Assembly: GCA_002269645.1 (NCBI GenBank)
Contig: NIVC01001587.1
Location: forward strand, 1-64,000
Direction: 5' to 3'
DNA from: Macrostomum lignano
Lineage: Eukaryota
DNA length: 64,000 bases
In this document: positions 1 through 12,000 of the stretch, one piece after another
How positions within the stretch are numbered: position 1 is the stretch's first letter
How the letters are laid out: every line of letters begins with the position of its first letter
Made by a program: the position numbers and the translations under genes
Notes under the pieces: generated by a model
Databases searched by the model: none
What the model was told of the DNA's origin: nothing
The model's input: the letters and a program-made list of their open reading frames with translations, nothing else

Positions 1-3000
1 CTAAGAAGGCGCTGAGCCCAAGCCAACTAGAGAATGTGGAATTCCCCGAGCTGCCGAAGCTGCCCAAGTTTGTGCGCGTCGTGCTGAAGACGCTGCCAGG
101 CAAGGCGACTAGCGTCAGAGCCGAGTTGAAGGCTTGCCACAAGCCGAAGACTACCGTTAGGACGACACAACAGACGACGACCACGACGGGACGCACAACA
201 CCGAGCACGACAAGCAGGAAGCCGGGATCGCCAGCCGCCGAGAAGCTCACCTTCCCGATGCCGTCGATGCCAGGAGCGACAGGAAAGACAACGACAACGC
301 CGGCGCCTACTACAACAACAAGACGCCCGGCCGTGTGCCTGCGCAAGAGCGTGAAACTGTTTGAGAGCGGCGAGCTGCCCAGCGACGCGCTGACCAAGGC
401 GGAGAAGCTCCCAGAGAAGAAGGAGTTCACACCCAAGGAGCGAAAGGAGGCCCTGCTGCCTAGCGGTAGTGGACTGCCAGTGAAGCGAGGCGGTTCCACC
501 CAGCTCACCTTCCAGGTGGACCGTCTGCCAAAGACTGCCAGCCTGATGAAGGTGGTGCTCAAGAGCAGCACGCCGGACAGTGTTCGCGAGGTGACCGTGT
601 TTGTGGCCGACGAGGACAAGCCAGAGAAGTACGTGCAAGTGAACAGGGAGACGCCGAAGGAGCCTAAGAAGGCGCTGAGCCCAAGCCAACTAGAGAATGT
701 GGAATTCCCCGAGCTGCCGAAGCTGCCCAAGTTTGTGCGCGTCGTGCTGAAGACGCTGCCAGGCAAGGCGACTAGCGTCAGAGCCGAGTTGAAGGCTTGC
801 CACAAGCCGAAGACTACCGTTAGGACGACACAACAGACGACGACCACGACGGGACGCACAACACCGAGCACGACAAGCAGGAAGCCGGGATCGCCAGCCG
901 CCGAGAAGCTCACCTTCCCGATGCCGTCGATGCCAGGAGCGACAGGAAAGACAACGACAACGCCGGCGCCTACTACAACAACAAGACGCCCGGCCGTGTG
1001 CCTGCGCAAGAGCGTGAAACTGTTTGAGAGCGGCGAGCTGCCCAGCGACGCGCTGACCAAGGCGGAGAAGCTCCCAGAGAAGAAGGAGTTCACACCCAAG
1101 GAGCGAAAGGAGGCCCTGCTGCCTAGCGGTAGTGGACTGCCAGTGAAGCGAGGCGGTTCCACCCAGCTCACCTTCCAGGTGGACCGTCTGCCAAAGACTG
1201 CCAGCCTGATGAAGGTGGTGCTCAAGAGCAGCACGCCGGACAGTGTTCGCGAGGTGACCGTGTTTGTGGCCGACGAGGACAAGCCAGAGAAGTACGTGCA
1301 AGTGAACAGGGAGACGCCGAAGGAGCCTAAGAAGGCGCTGAGCCCAAGCCAACTAGAGAATGTGGAATTCCCCGAGCTGCCGAAGCTGCCCAAGTTTGTG
1401 CGCGTCGTGCTGAAGACGCTGCCAGGCAAGGCGACTAGCGTCAGAGCCGAGTTGAAGGCTTGCCACAAGCCGAAGACTACCGTTAGGACGACACAACAGA
1501 CGACGACCACGACGGGACGCACAACACCGAGCACGACAAGCAGGAAGCCGGGATCGCCAGCCGCCGAGAAGCTCACCTTCCCGATGCCGTCGATGCCAGG
1601 AGCGACAGGAAAGACAACGACAACGCCGGCGCCTACTACAACAACAAGACGCCCGGCCGTGTGCCTGCGCAAGAGCGTGAAACTGTTTGAGAGCGGCGAG
1701 CTGCCCAGCGACGCGCTGACCAAGGCGGAGAAGCTCCCAGAGAAGAAGGAGTTCACACCCAAGGAGCGAAAGGAGGCCCTGCTGCCTAGCGGTAGTGGAC
1801 TGCCAGTGAAGCGAGGCGGTTCCACCCAGCTCACCTTCCAGGTGGACCGTCTGCCAAAGACTGCCAGCCTGATGAAGGTGGTGCTCAAGAGCAGCACGCC
1901 GGACAGTGTTCGCGAGGTGACCGTGTTTGTGGCCGACGAGGACAAGCCAGAGAAGTACGTGCAAGTGAACAGGGAGACGCCGAAGGAGCCTAAGAAGGCG
2001 CTGAGCCCAAGCCAACTAGAGAATGTGGAATTCCCCGAGCTGCCGAAGCTGCCCAAGTTTGTGCGCGTCGTGCTGAAGACGCTGCCAGGCAAGGCGACTA
2101 GCGTCAGAGCCGAGTTGAAGGCTTGCCACAAGCCGAAGACTACCGTTAGGACGACACAACAGACGACGACCACGACGGGACGCACAACACCGAGCACGAC
2201 AAGCAGGAAGCCGGGATCGCCAGCCGCCGAGAAGCTCACCTTCCCGATGCCGTCGATGCCAGGAGCGACAGGAAAGACAACGACAACGCCGGCGCCTACT
2301 ACAACAACAAGACGCCCGGCCGTGTGCCTGCGCAAGAGCGTGAAACTGTTTGAGAGCGGCGAGCTGCCCAGCGACGCGCTGACCAAGGCGGAGAAGCTCC
2401 CAGAGAAGAAGGAGTTCACACCCAAGGAGCGAAAGGAGGCCCTGCTGCCTAGCGGTAGTGGACTGCCAGTGAAGCGAGGCGGTTCCACCCAGCTCACCTT
2501 CCAGGTGGACCGTCTGCCAAAGACTGCCAGCCTGATGAAGGTGGTGCTCAAGAGCAGCACGCCGGACAGTGTTCGCGAGGTGACCGTGTTTGTGGCCGAC
2601 GAGGACAAGCCAGAGAAGTACGTGCAAGTGAACAGGGAGACGCCGAAGGAGCCTAAGAAGGCGCTGAGCCCAAGCCAACTAGAGAATGTGGAATTCCCCG
2701 AGCTGCCGAAGCTGCCCAAGTTTGTGCGCGTCGTGCTGAAGACGCTGCCAGGCAAGGCGACTAGCGTCAGAGCCGAGTTGAAGGCTTGCCACAAGCCGAA
2801 GACTACCGTTAGGACGACACAACAGACGACGACCACGACGGGACGCACAACACCGAGCACGACAAGCAGGAAGCCGGGATCGCCAGCCGCCGAGAAGCTC
2901 ACCTTCCCGATGCCGTCGATGCCAGGAGCGACAGGAAAGACAACGACAACGCCGGCGCCTACTACAACAACAAGACGCCCGGCCGTGTGCCTGCGCAAGA

Positions 3001-6000
3001 GCGTGAAACTGTTTGAGAGCGGCGAGCTGCCCAGCGACGCGCTGACCAAGGCGGAGAAGCTCCCAGAGAAGAAGGAGTTCACACCCAAGGAGCGAAAGGA
3101 GGCCCTGCTGCCTAGCGGTAGTGGACTGCCAGTGAAGCGAGGCGGTTCCACCCAGCTCACCTTCCAGGTGGACCGTCTGCCAAAGACTGCCAGCCTGATG
3201 AAGGTGGTGCTCAAGAGCAGCACGCCGGACAGTGTTCGCGAGGTGACCGTGTTTGTGGCCGACGAGGACAAGCCAGAGAAGTACGTGCAAGTGAACAGGG
3301 AGACGCCGAAGGAGCCTAAGAAGGCGCTGAGCCCAAGCCAACTAGAGAATGTGGAATTCCCCGAGCTGCCGAAGCTGCCCAAGTTTGTGCGCGTCGTGCT
3401 GAAGACGCTGCCAGGCAAGGCGACTAGCGTCAGAGCCGAGTTGAAGGCTTGCCACAAGCCGAAGACTACCGTTAGGACGACACAACAGACGACGACCACG
3501 ACGGGACGCACAACACCGAGCACGACAAGCAGGAAGCCGGGATCGCCAGCCGCCGAGAAGCTCACCTTCCCGATGCCGTCGATGCCAGGAGCGACAGGAA
3601 AGACAACGACAACGCCGGCGCCTACTACAACAACAAGACGCCCGGCCGTGTGCCTGCGCAAGAGCGTGAAACTGTTTGAGAGCGGCGAGCTGCCCAGCGA
3701 CGCGCTGACCAAGGCGGAGAAGCTCCCAGAGAAGGAGTTCACACCCAAGGAGCGAAAGGAGGCCCTGCTGCCTAGCGGTAGTGGACTGCCAGTGAAGCGA
3801 GGCGGTTCCACCCAGCTCACCTTCCAGGTGGACCGTCTGCCAAAGACTGCCAGCCTGATGAAGGTGGTGCTCAAGAGCAGCACGCCGGACAGTGTTCGCG
3901 AGGTGACCGTGTTTGTGGCCGACGAGGACAAGCCAGAGAAGTACGTGCAAGTGAACAGGGAGACGCCGAAGGAGCCTAAGAAGGCGCTGAGCCCAAGCCA
4001 ACTAGAGAATGTGGAATTCCCCGAGCTGCCGAAGCTGCCCAAGTTTGTGCGCGTCGTGCTGAAGACGCTGCCAGGCAAGGCGACTAGCGTCAGAGCCGAG
4101 TTGAAGGCTTGCCACAAGCCGAAGACTACCGTTAGGACGACACAACAGACGACGACCACGACGGGACGCACAACACCGAGCACGACAAGCAGGAAGCCGG
4201 GATCGCCAGCCGCCGAGAAGCTCACCTTCCCGATGCCGTCGATGCCAGGAGCGACAGGAAAGACAACGACAACGCCGGCGCCTACTACAACAACAAGACG
4301 CCCGGCCGTGTGCCTGCGCAAGAGCGTGAAACTGTTTGAGAGCGGCGAGCTGCCCAGCGACGCGCTGACCAAGGCGGAGAAGCTCCCAGAGAAGAAGGAG
4401 TTCACACCCAAGGAGCGAAAGGAGGCCCTGCTGCCTAGCGGTAGTGGACTGCCAGTGAAGCGAGGCGGTTCCACCCAGCTCACCTTCCAGGTGGACCGTC
4501 TGCCAAAGACTGCCAGCCTGATGAAGGTGGTGCTCAAGAGCAGCACGCCGGACAGTGTTCGCGAGGTGACCGTGTTTGTGGCCGACGAGGACAAGCCAGA
4601 GAAGTACGTGCAAGTGAACAGGGAGACGCCGAAGGAGCCTAAGAAGGCGCTGAGCCCAAGCCAACTAGAGAATGTGGAATTCCCCGAGCTGCCGAAGCTG
4701 CCCAAGTTTGTGCGCGTCGTGCTGAAGACGCTGCCAGGCAAGGCGACTAGCGTCAGAGCCGAGTTGAAGGCTTGCCACAAGCCGAAGACTACCGTTAGGA
4801 CGACACAACAGACGACGACCACGACGGGACGCACAACACCGAGCACGACAAGCAGGAAGCCGGGATCGCCAGCCGCCGAGAAGCTCACCTTCCCGATGCC
4901 GTCGATGCCAGGAGCGACAGGAAAGACAACGACAACGCCGGCGCCTACTACAACAACAAGACGCCCGGCCGTGTGCCTGCGCAAGAGCGTGAAACTGTTT
5001 GAGAGCGGCGAGCTGCCCAGCGACGCGCTGACCAAGGCGGAGAAGCTCCCAGAGAAGAAGGAGTTCACACCCAAGGAGCGAAAGGAGGCCCTGCTGCCTA
5101 GCGGTAGTGGACTGCCAGTGAAGCGAGGCGGTTCCACCCAGCTCACCTTCCAGGTGGACCGTCTGCCAAAGACTGCCAGCCTGATGAAGGTGGTGCTCAA
5201 GAGCAGCACGCCGGACAGTGTTCGCGAGGTGACCGTGTTTGTGGCCGACGAGGACAAGCCAGAGAAGTACGTGCAAGTGAACAGGGAGACGCCGAAGGAG
5301 CCTAAGAAGGCGCTAAGCCCAAGCCAACTAGAGAATGTGGAATTCCCCGAGCTGCCGAAGCTGCCCAAGTTTGTGCGCGTCGTGCTGAAGACGCTGCCAG
5401 GCAAGGCGACTAGCGTCAGAGCCGAGTTGAAGGCTTGCCACAAGCCGAAGACTACCGTTAGGACGACACAACAGACGACGACCACGACGGGACGCACAAC
5501 ACCGAGCACGACAAGCAGGAAGCCGGGATCGCCAGCCGCCGAGAAGCTCACCTTCCCGATGCCGTCGATGCCAGGAGCGACAGGAAAGACAACGACAACG
5601 CCGGCGCCTACTACAACAACAAGACGCCCGGCCGTGTGCCTGCGCAAGAGCGTGAAACTGTTTGAGAGCGGCGAGCTGCCCAGCGACGCGCTGACCAAGG
5701 CGGAGAAGCTCCCAGAGAAGAAGGAGTTCACACCCAAGGAGCGAAAGGAGGCCCTGCTGCCTAGCGGTAGTGGACTGCCAGTGAAGCGAGGCGGTTCCAC
5801 CCAGCTCACCTTCCAGGTGGACCGTCTGCCAAAGACTGCCAGCCTGATGAAGGTGGTGCTCAAGAGCAGCACGCCGGACAGTGTTCGCGAGGTGACCGTG
5901 TTTGTGGCCGACGAGGACAAGCCAGAGAAGTACGTGCAAGTGAACAGGGAGACGCCGAAGGAGCCTAAGAAGGCGCTGAGCCCAAGCCAACTAGAGAATG

Positions 6001-6043
6001 TGGAATTCCCCGAGCTGCCGAAGCTGCCCAAGTTTGTGCGCGT
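1..6043 (+). repeat. Coding tandem repeat, 663-bp unit (221 aa), ~9.1 copies in window
   Basis: Units recur every 663 bp and are near-identical. Variants I saw: a 3-bp deletion near 3731 (one Lys lost) and a synonymous G>A at 5315. The array diverges at 6044. Confidence 0.98.
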
Positions 6044-9000
6044 TATAGTTCAAATTTTGGCTGAGATGTCCACGAATGTCTCTTTGGATCTATTTTCGTG
6101 TCAGGATGATTTTTATCCATGTATGAATTGCACACACAACGGGACTTCGTACATTGAAGGCTCGATTGTATCGCTTAATGGAGTCAAATGTGATCATCAG
6201 TAAGTGTTTAACGCGACTTGTAGTTTTTGGAGTTAAAGTTTTTGTTTATTGTTTGCATATGAATTTCTTCGTTTTTAGTGTGTGCCGGAAACGATCGTGG
6301 GAGCCTCTTTATGACTGCTCGTCATGGAGTTCCTGGTCAAACTGCTCGTCGGAATGCGATGCCGGATTCAAGACTAGGATGAAGATCTGTCGGTCTAGTT
6401 TCCGGGATCTGATTGCAAGGCAAAATCTGACGTCGTTGGAAAAGTGCTTTAACCAGGTCGAGCGAGAACCGTGTTTTAACAGAAGATGCTCTAGTATGTA
6501 TTTTTTGCAATGCTCTTCTTCGTCACTTGAATTTTCGTTAATCTACTGCAATTTTGTTTTTTTTTCAGAAACTGAGTGCAACCCTGCAGAATGGGGTCCC
6601 TGGAGCCCGTGCTCTGGAGAGTGCAGCACTTTGCTTTCAGAGCGGAAGCGGCAGCCGGGCAGCGCTGTGTTGTCAGAATTTTGCAAGAAAGTTCAACTGC
6701 CAGAATCGCGCTGTGCCCGAAAACGGAAAAGTGCCGTAAGTTTAGAATCTGCTTTTTTATTAGTATTTCCTTCTTTGTATACCGAGACGCATTCCATTGT
6801 GCTTTACTATTCTTTATTTAGTCTTGCTCTTTTAAAGTAGGATTTAAATCATTTTCCTCTTTCAGTGTGCAAGGATCCCAATGCAGCGTGGAACAACTGC
6901 TCAAACCAATGTCCTTTCACATGCGGCCACCTCTCCGAGCAATCTGCGTGTGTCATGACCTCTGCCTGCGTGCCTGGGTGCGCGTGCAAGCCAGGCTATT
7001 ACCTGCAGGACGGCCGCTGCGTACCGCAGTCGCAGTGCCGCTGCCCAGGTCTCACACCAACTACATTGGCGATTAGTACAACTGCACTGACGACTCCCAG
7101 TACTGGAGCCGCTGCCGCCTTGTTTGTGTCTTACTCAAGTCCAAAGGCTCGAATTCGCGGAACCGCCGCTCCTGACAAAATCTCAATGCTGATTCCGGAT
7201 CTCAACCTATTGATCCCCGCACTGCCAACTATCGTAGGAGGTGGAGCTTCAAAGCCAGCCGATGGCGCTGACTTGAAATCAACGTCAGTTAGCGTTGGCG
7301 CTAAAACCAATCCGCCTGCGACTTCCAGTTCGCAAGCGCCACGCATCCGGGGCACGGCAGCGCCGGATCGTGCGTCAATGCTCATCCCCATGCTTCCTGG
7401 CAAACCAGCTGCTACCCCTGTGAAGCCGGCTACGACTGCGACAGCACCGACTCCTACAACACCGGTCAGGATTCGAGGCACTGCAGCGCCAGACGGAGTA
7501 AACCTGCTGATCCCTACGCTATCACTGGGCTCAGCTGCTAATACCACAACTATGGCTCCCAGTACAACTGTTCCAACGACAACTGCGGCGGCATCTGTTA
7601 GCACAGTTGCATCCGTGAATGGAATTCCCGCCGCACCTTCTAACGCTGCAACGCCAGGCGCTTTTGCTCCGGGAGTAACGAGCGGGTCGTCAGGCAGCTT
7701 CACAGTGAAGGGCTTTGTTTCTCCGGCTCAAGGACTTGGTAAAGCCAACACAATGGGTGCGTTCCGAGTAACGTCTCTGCTTAACATGAAACGGCCGCCT
7801 CCACCGCCCCCACCGAGGCCCGGAGGCAACCACGGACGGTTCCAACATTCAGCATTCCGACTGCCGCCCAAGTTCCACCTACCTGCACCATCGGGAGGCA
7901 GGCCGGCTTTCAGGCTGCCGGGCCAGTTTAAACCGCCTCCGGCGTTCCGTCCACCCGGCGGTGGCAGCTTTGGAAAGTTTAATCCTGGCAAGCCAGTTTT
8001 CCGCCTGCCTGGAGCTGGCTCTTTCAATCCGCCGGGAAAGCCAGGCACAAAGAATTCGAGTCCGTCTGTGCCTCACACTCCGGCCGCGGCTAGCCCTGCC
8101 CAACCGGTGACTCCTAAGTCATCAGCATCGACCCCGGCTCCCCCACCAGGCCTAAAGCCAGTCCCATCAGGCCAGCAGGCTTCAGTTGCGCCCACTAAAC
8201 CGACTACAAAGGCGCCAGTGCCGATGTCGAGCCAGGGAACCAGAATTCGTGGCACTGCTGCCGACGATCGCGTGGACCTACGAATTCCAACTCTGCCGAA
8301 CTTGCTGCCTCTGCCAACTTCTCCAAGGACTAAGCTGTTTACAAAGCGCTCAACGCCGTCAACTAGATCCATGCCGAGCATTGGTCCCCATACAAGCGCT
8401 ACCGCTAAGCGAAAACTTACTTCGGCCGCTCCAGTCACTAGCAAGCCTCTACGCCCATCTTTCCCGGGTATTCCGCCAGCGGGACCGCACGCGCCGCCCG
8501 GTGGACAAGGTTCCAGCCCGGCAACGCCTAAGAAGCCGACAACAGTTGTGACAACAACATCGATGGGTACTCGAGCAACTAACAGTTGGGTGATGATTGG
8601 TGGCAGCAACTGTACATGCACATCAGGCAAGACCACCTGCGTTGGAGGGCACGAGGGCTCGCTAGCTGCCTGGTCTACGTGGACAGCGTGGTCCAACTGC
8701 AGCGCCCACTGTGGCCAGGGCAAGCAGTACAGGTTCCGCCAGTGTTCTGGCCCAGCCTGCGTTGGAAACGGTCACGCCAATGAGTCCAGAGCTTGCACCG
8801 GAGTGGACTGCTACTGCGTCTTCAGCCGAGCCAAACTACAGTGGCTGCTAACTGATGATTACTATCACGCCGAGATGTGGGTCGAACGTGACGGAAAACC
8901 AGGCCTGAGCAGTCCTCTGGAAACAGTGAACGACGGCGATAGACTCGAAAGCGGCTCGGTGCTGCAGGTCGGCTGCCTTCGTTGCACCTGCAAGGACGGC

Positions 9001-12000
9001 GGATTTGCCTGCAAACTGCAGCGCTGCGCCAGCGACTGTCAATGGAGCGCCTGGCAGCCGTGGGCCACGTGCAGCGCCACCTGCGGAGGCGGCTTGCAGA
9101 CAAGACTACGGACGATTCACAAGCCAGCTGTAGCCAACGGTGCGCCTTGCCAGGCGAGCGGCTTCACGGACACGCAGGCCTGCAACCTGGATCCATGCCC
9201 TGGCTGCTCCTGGTCCAGCTGGTCACAGTGGAGCAACTGCACCGGCAGCGCTACCAGCGACATCGGAGTGCGAGAACGGCGACGCCAGCCGATCGGCAGC
9301 TGCAAAGAAGCCGACCGCGACCTGCAGCCGTGCCAACTGCGCCCGGCACAGTCCAAATGCAAGCCCGGCCAGCTGCACAGCGCCTGTCACAACGTTACAG
9401 GCTGCGAGGTGGCTTGCTCTGCCGGCGCTAACGCTAGGACCCTCTGCTCACAGACTGACGCGTGCCTAAGTGGCTGCCTGTGCCCCAAGGGTCAAGTGAT
9501 GGGCCCCAATGGACAGTGCGTTGCCACTGACAAGTGCAGATGCTTGCCAAAATCAATCAACTGTTCAAACTGGTAAGTTTCGAGGTCAGTCTTGAGTAAT
9601 ACACACTGAAAACTTCTTGCAGAATAGATGAGGGGCAACATCCCGCACGCCTAGACTAGTCAAGGAGCACTAGTAATATATATTCTGGAAGTCCTTGGCT
9701 GTAGTTTTTACAACGTTTTTAGACACTGCACTTCCTAGGAATGGAAATTTTCAGCTCAAAAGCGTTCTCGAACGACATCGGAGTGCGAGAACGACGACGC
9801 CAACTGATCGGCAGCTGCAACGAAGCCGACCTTTTCGACATGTTTTGATTAGTTCTCGGTCCAGAGTTATAAAGTCGCCCTTCTAATCAAACTTTGCCCA
9901 TCCAATCGAGTAGAAAGTATTTTGAATTATCGCAACTTGAACACCAATAAATTCCACTCCGCAGCTTCAAGCCAGTCTGCCTGAACGGCCAGCCGACCTG
10001 CCTGCCGGACATGAACTGCCAGCGTCTCTACACCGAGTGGTCGGCCTGGTCGGCTTGCTCAGCCGCCTGCGGCGAGGGTCTCAGCCACCGAACTCGCCAG
10101 CTGCTGCAGGAGGGCCGCCGGCCAGCCGGCTGCGGCAAGTCGGACCTGATCGAGACGCGCCACTGCAACGCCCGGCCGTGCGGCTACGCTTGCAAAGATC
10201 GGAATGGCGACTTGTACACCGAGGGACAGGCTATGCCGGCGCTGGACCAGTGCTCCATGTGGTGAGCTCAAGCTCTTCATGCATGTACACCCGTGCATCT
10301 CCTACATGCGTGTCTAATAGTGAGATTCGATCTGGCCTGGATCTCAGCATGCAGTTAGATACAGACGTTCGGAATCATATTTAATCAACTACAAGCCTCA
10401 CCCTTTTAATGTCGGTTGGTGACTTTTAATGTCGGTTGGTGACTTTTAATGTCGGTTGGTGACTTTTAATGTCGGTGGTGACTTCTAATGTTGTCAAGCA
10501 TTCCGCAACCTTTATTGCACGCATTATATTGGAGATTACACTATTTATTTTTTAATACTGTACGCGTATGCGTAATTCCAAACTGTTTCTCGCACAGACG
10601 GCATTATTAACATCCTCAACCAACTGCAGCTTCTGCCGCGCCAATCGCACCGAGTGTGTCAGCAAGGCGAAGGTAGGCGAGCCGGTGCCCGCCCCGGTCT
10701 GGTCGGCCTGGTCAACCTGGAGCTCCTGCGTCAGCGCGGCTGCCAACAACCGACGCCAGGAGCGGCGCCGCCGGTGCGTGCGCATCTGTCCAGACGACCC
10801 CAGGAAGTGCGGAGAGTTCTTCGACAAAGAGGAATCGGTCGAATGGAAGGCTTGCCTTCCCAAAACACCGCGTAAGCACTTTGAAATAACAGTGTTGGCA
10901 CGGGTGGGGGTCGCAACTCTCCCATTTCTACCGCAGCTCAGCGCTGCTTCAAGCGTACTAACCGATATCAACTCAGCTTAACTTGCATGTTCTGGCGACC
11001 TCTCTTCTCCCCAGTTCTGAAACGAGACTGCATTGTGTCGCCGGATTGGATCGAGGGCACCTGCTACGCCAACTGCATGGTCCGCTCCGCTGTGGCCAAA
11101 GGATTCCGCACTCTCTACCGGCGAATCCTTCAGCTGCCGGCGAACGGAGGCGCTCCGTGCCCCGAACTGCGCCGCGAAGACGTGCCGTGCACGAAGACCT
11201 GCCCAGTCGACTGCTCGCAGACCGCCTGGTCTGCCTGGGGCGCCTGCGTCCGCGCCTCCAACTCCGGCTGCTCCGGCCTGCAAGTGCGGTCGCGCGGCGT
11301 CTTAGTGCCGCCCGCCAACGGAGGCCGCGCCTGCGAGGACGCCAAGCAGCTTCGGTCCTGTCTGGCGCCCGGCTGCCAGACCAGCGCCTGTCGGGCTCCA
11401 ATGACGAAGCAGCCGCTACAGCAGAGCCGATGCATCGTCCGCTGCTCTGATCTGGCCAGCGAAGACAAGTGCGCGCCAGTCCAGGCTGCCAACGCTGCGG
11501 CCGTCAATGCAACAGCGTGTGCCTGTCCTGCTGGCCAGTACGAACAGGACGGTCGCTGCGTGGCCAAGCAGGCCTGCCGATGCCGCTGGAACGAGGAACT
11601 GATGGGCCAGCGAAGTCCCGGCACCAGGGAGGAGTTCGCAGCCGGGGAGCGGCTTGTCATGGGCTGCAAGAACTGGTGAGCGGCGGTGAACTCTTCTGCA
11701 CTTACTAAATACCCATTGAAGCACATGTACTACTGTTCAAACAACCAATGTACTGACTGCATAGTGGCCTATCCTGCAATCAGAGAATACAGATGATTGT
11801 AAGGTGGCTTAGACCACTGCCACAAATCAAGACGACATGACAGTCGACCCCTGAACACCCCACCCGGATGCGTATGCGGGCTCACACAAGGTGTACAGTA
11901 GGGGGCGTAGCCTAGCGGTCTAACGCAGCGCTCTGATGTTTCAGCGGCCCAGGCTCGATTCCAAGTCCAGTCATAATAATTTGGGGTTAAATTGGAATCT

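Noticed and set aside
27-5990. Nine 203-220-aa minus-strand ORFs, one per repeat unit
   Set aside because: Antisense shadows of a GC-rich coding repeat; they recur only because the unit recurs and show no protein-like features.
6864-6866. Acceptor TTTCAG at 6864-6865 for the large ap2 exon
   Set aside because: Out of phase with the GTAAGT donor at 6736. The AG at 6839-6840 keeps the frame, so I used that; a 1-nt error in the preceding exon cannot be excluded.
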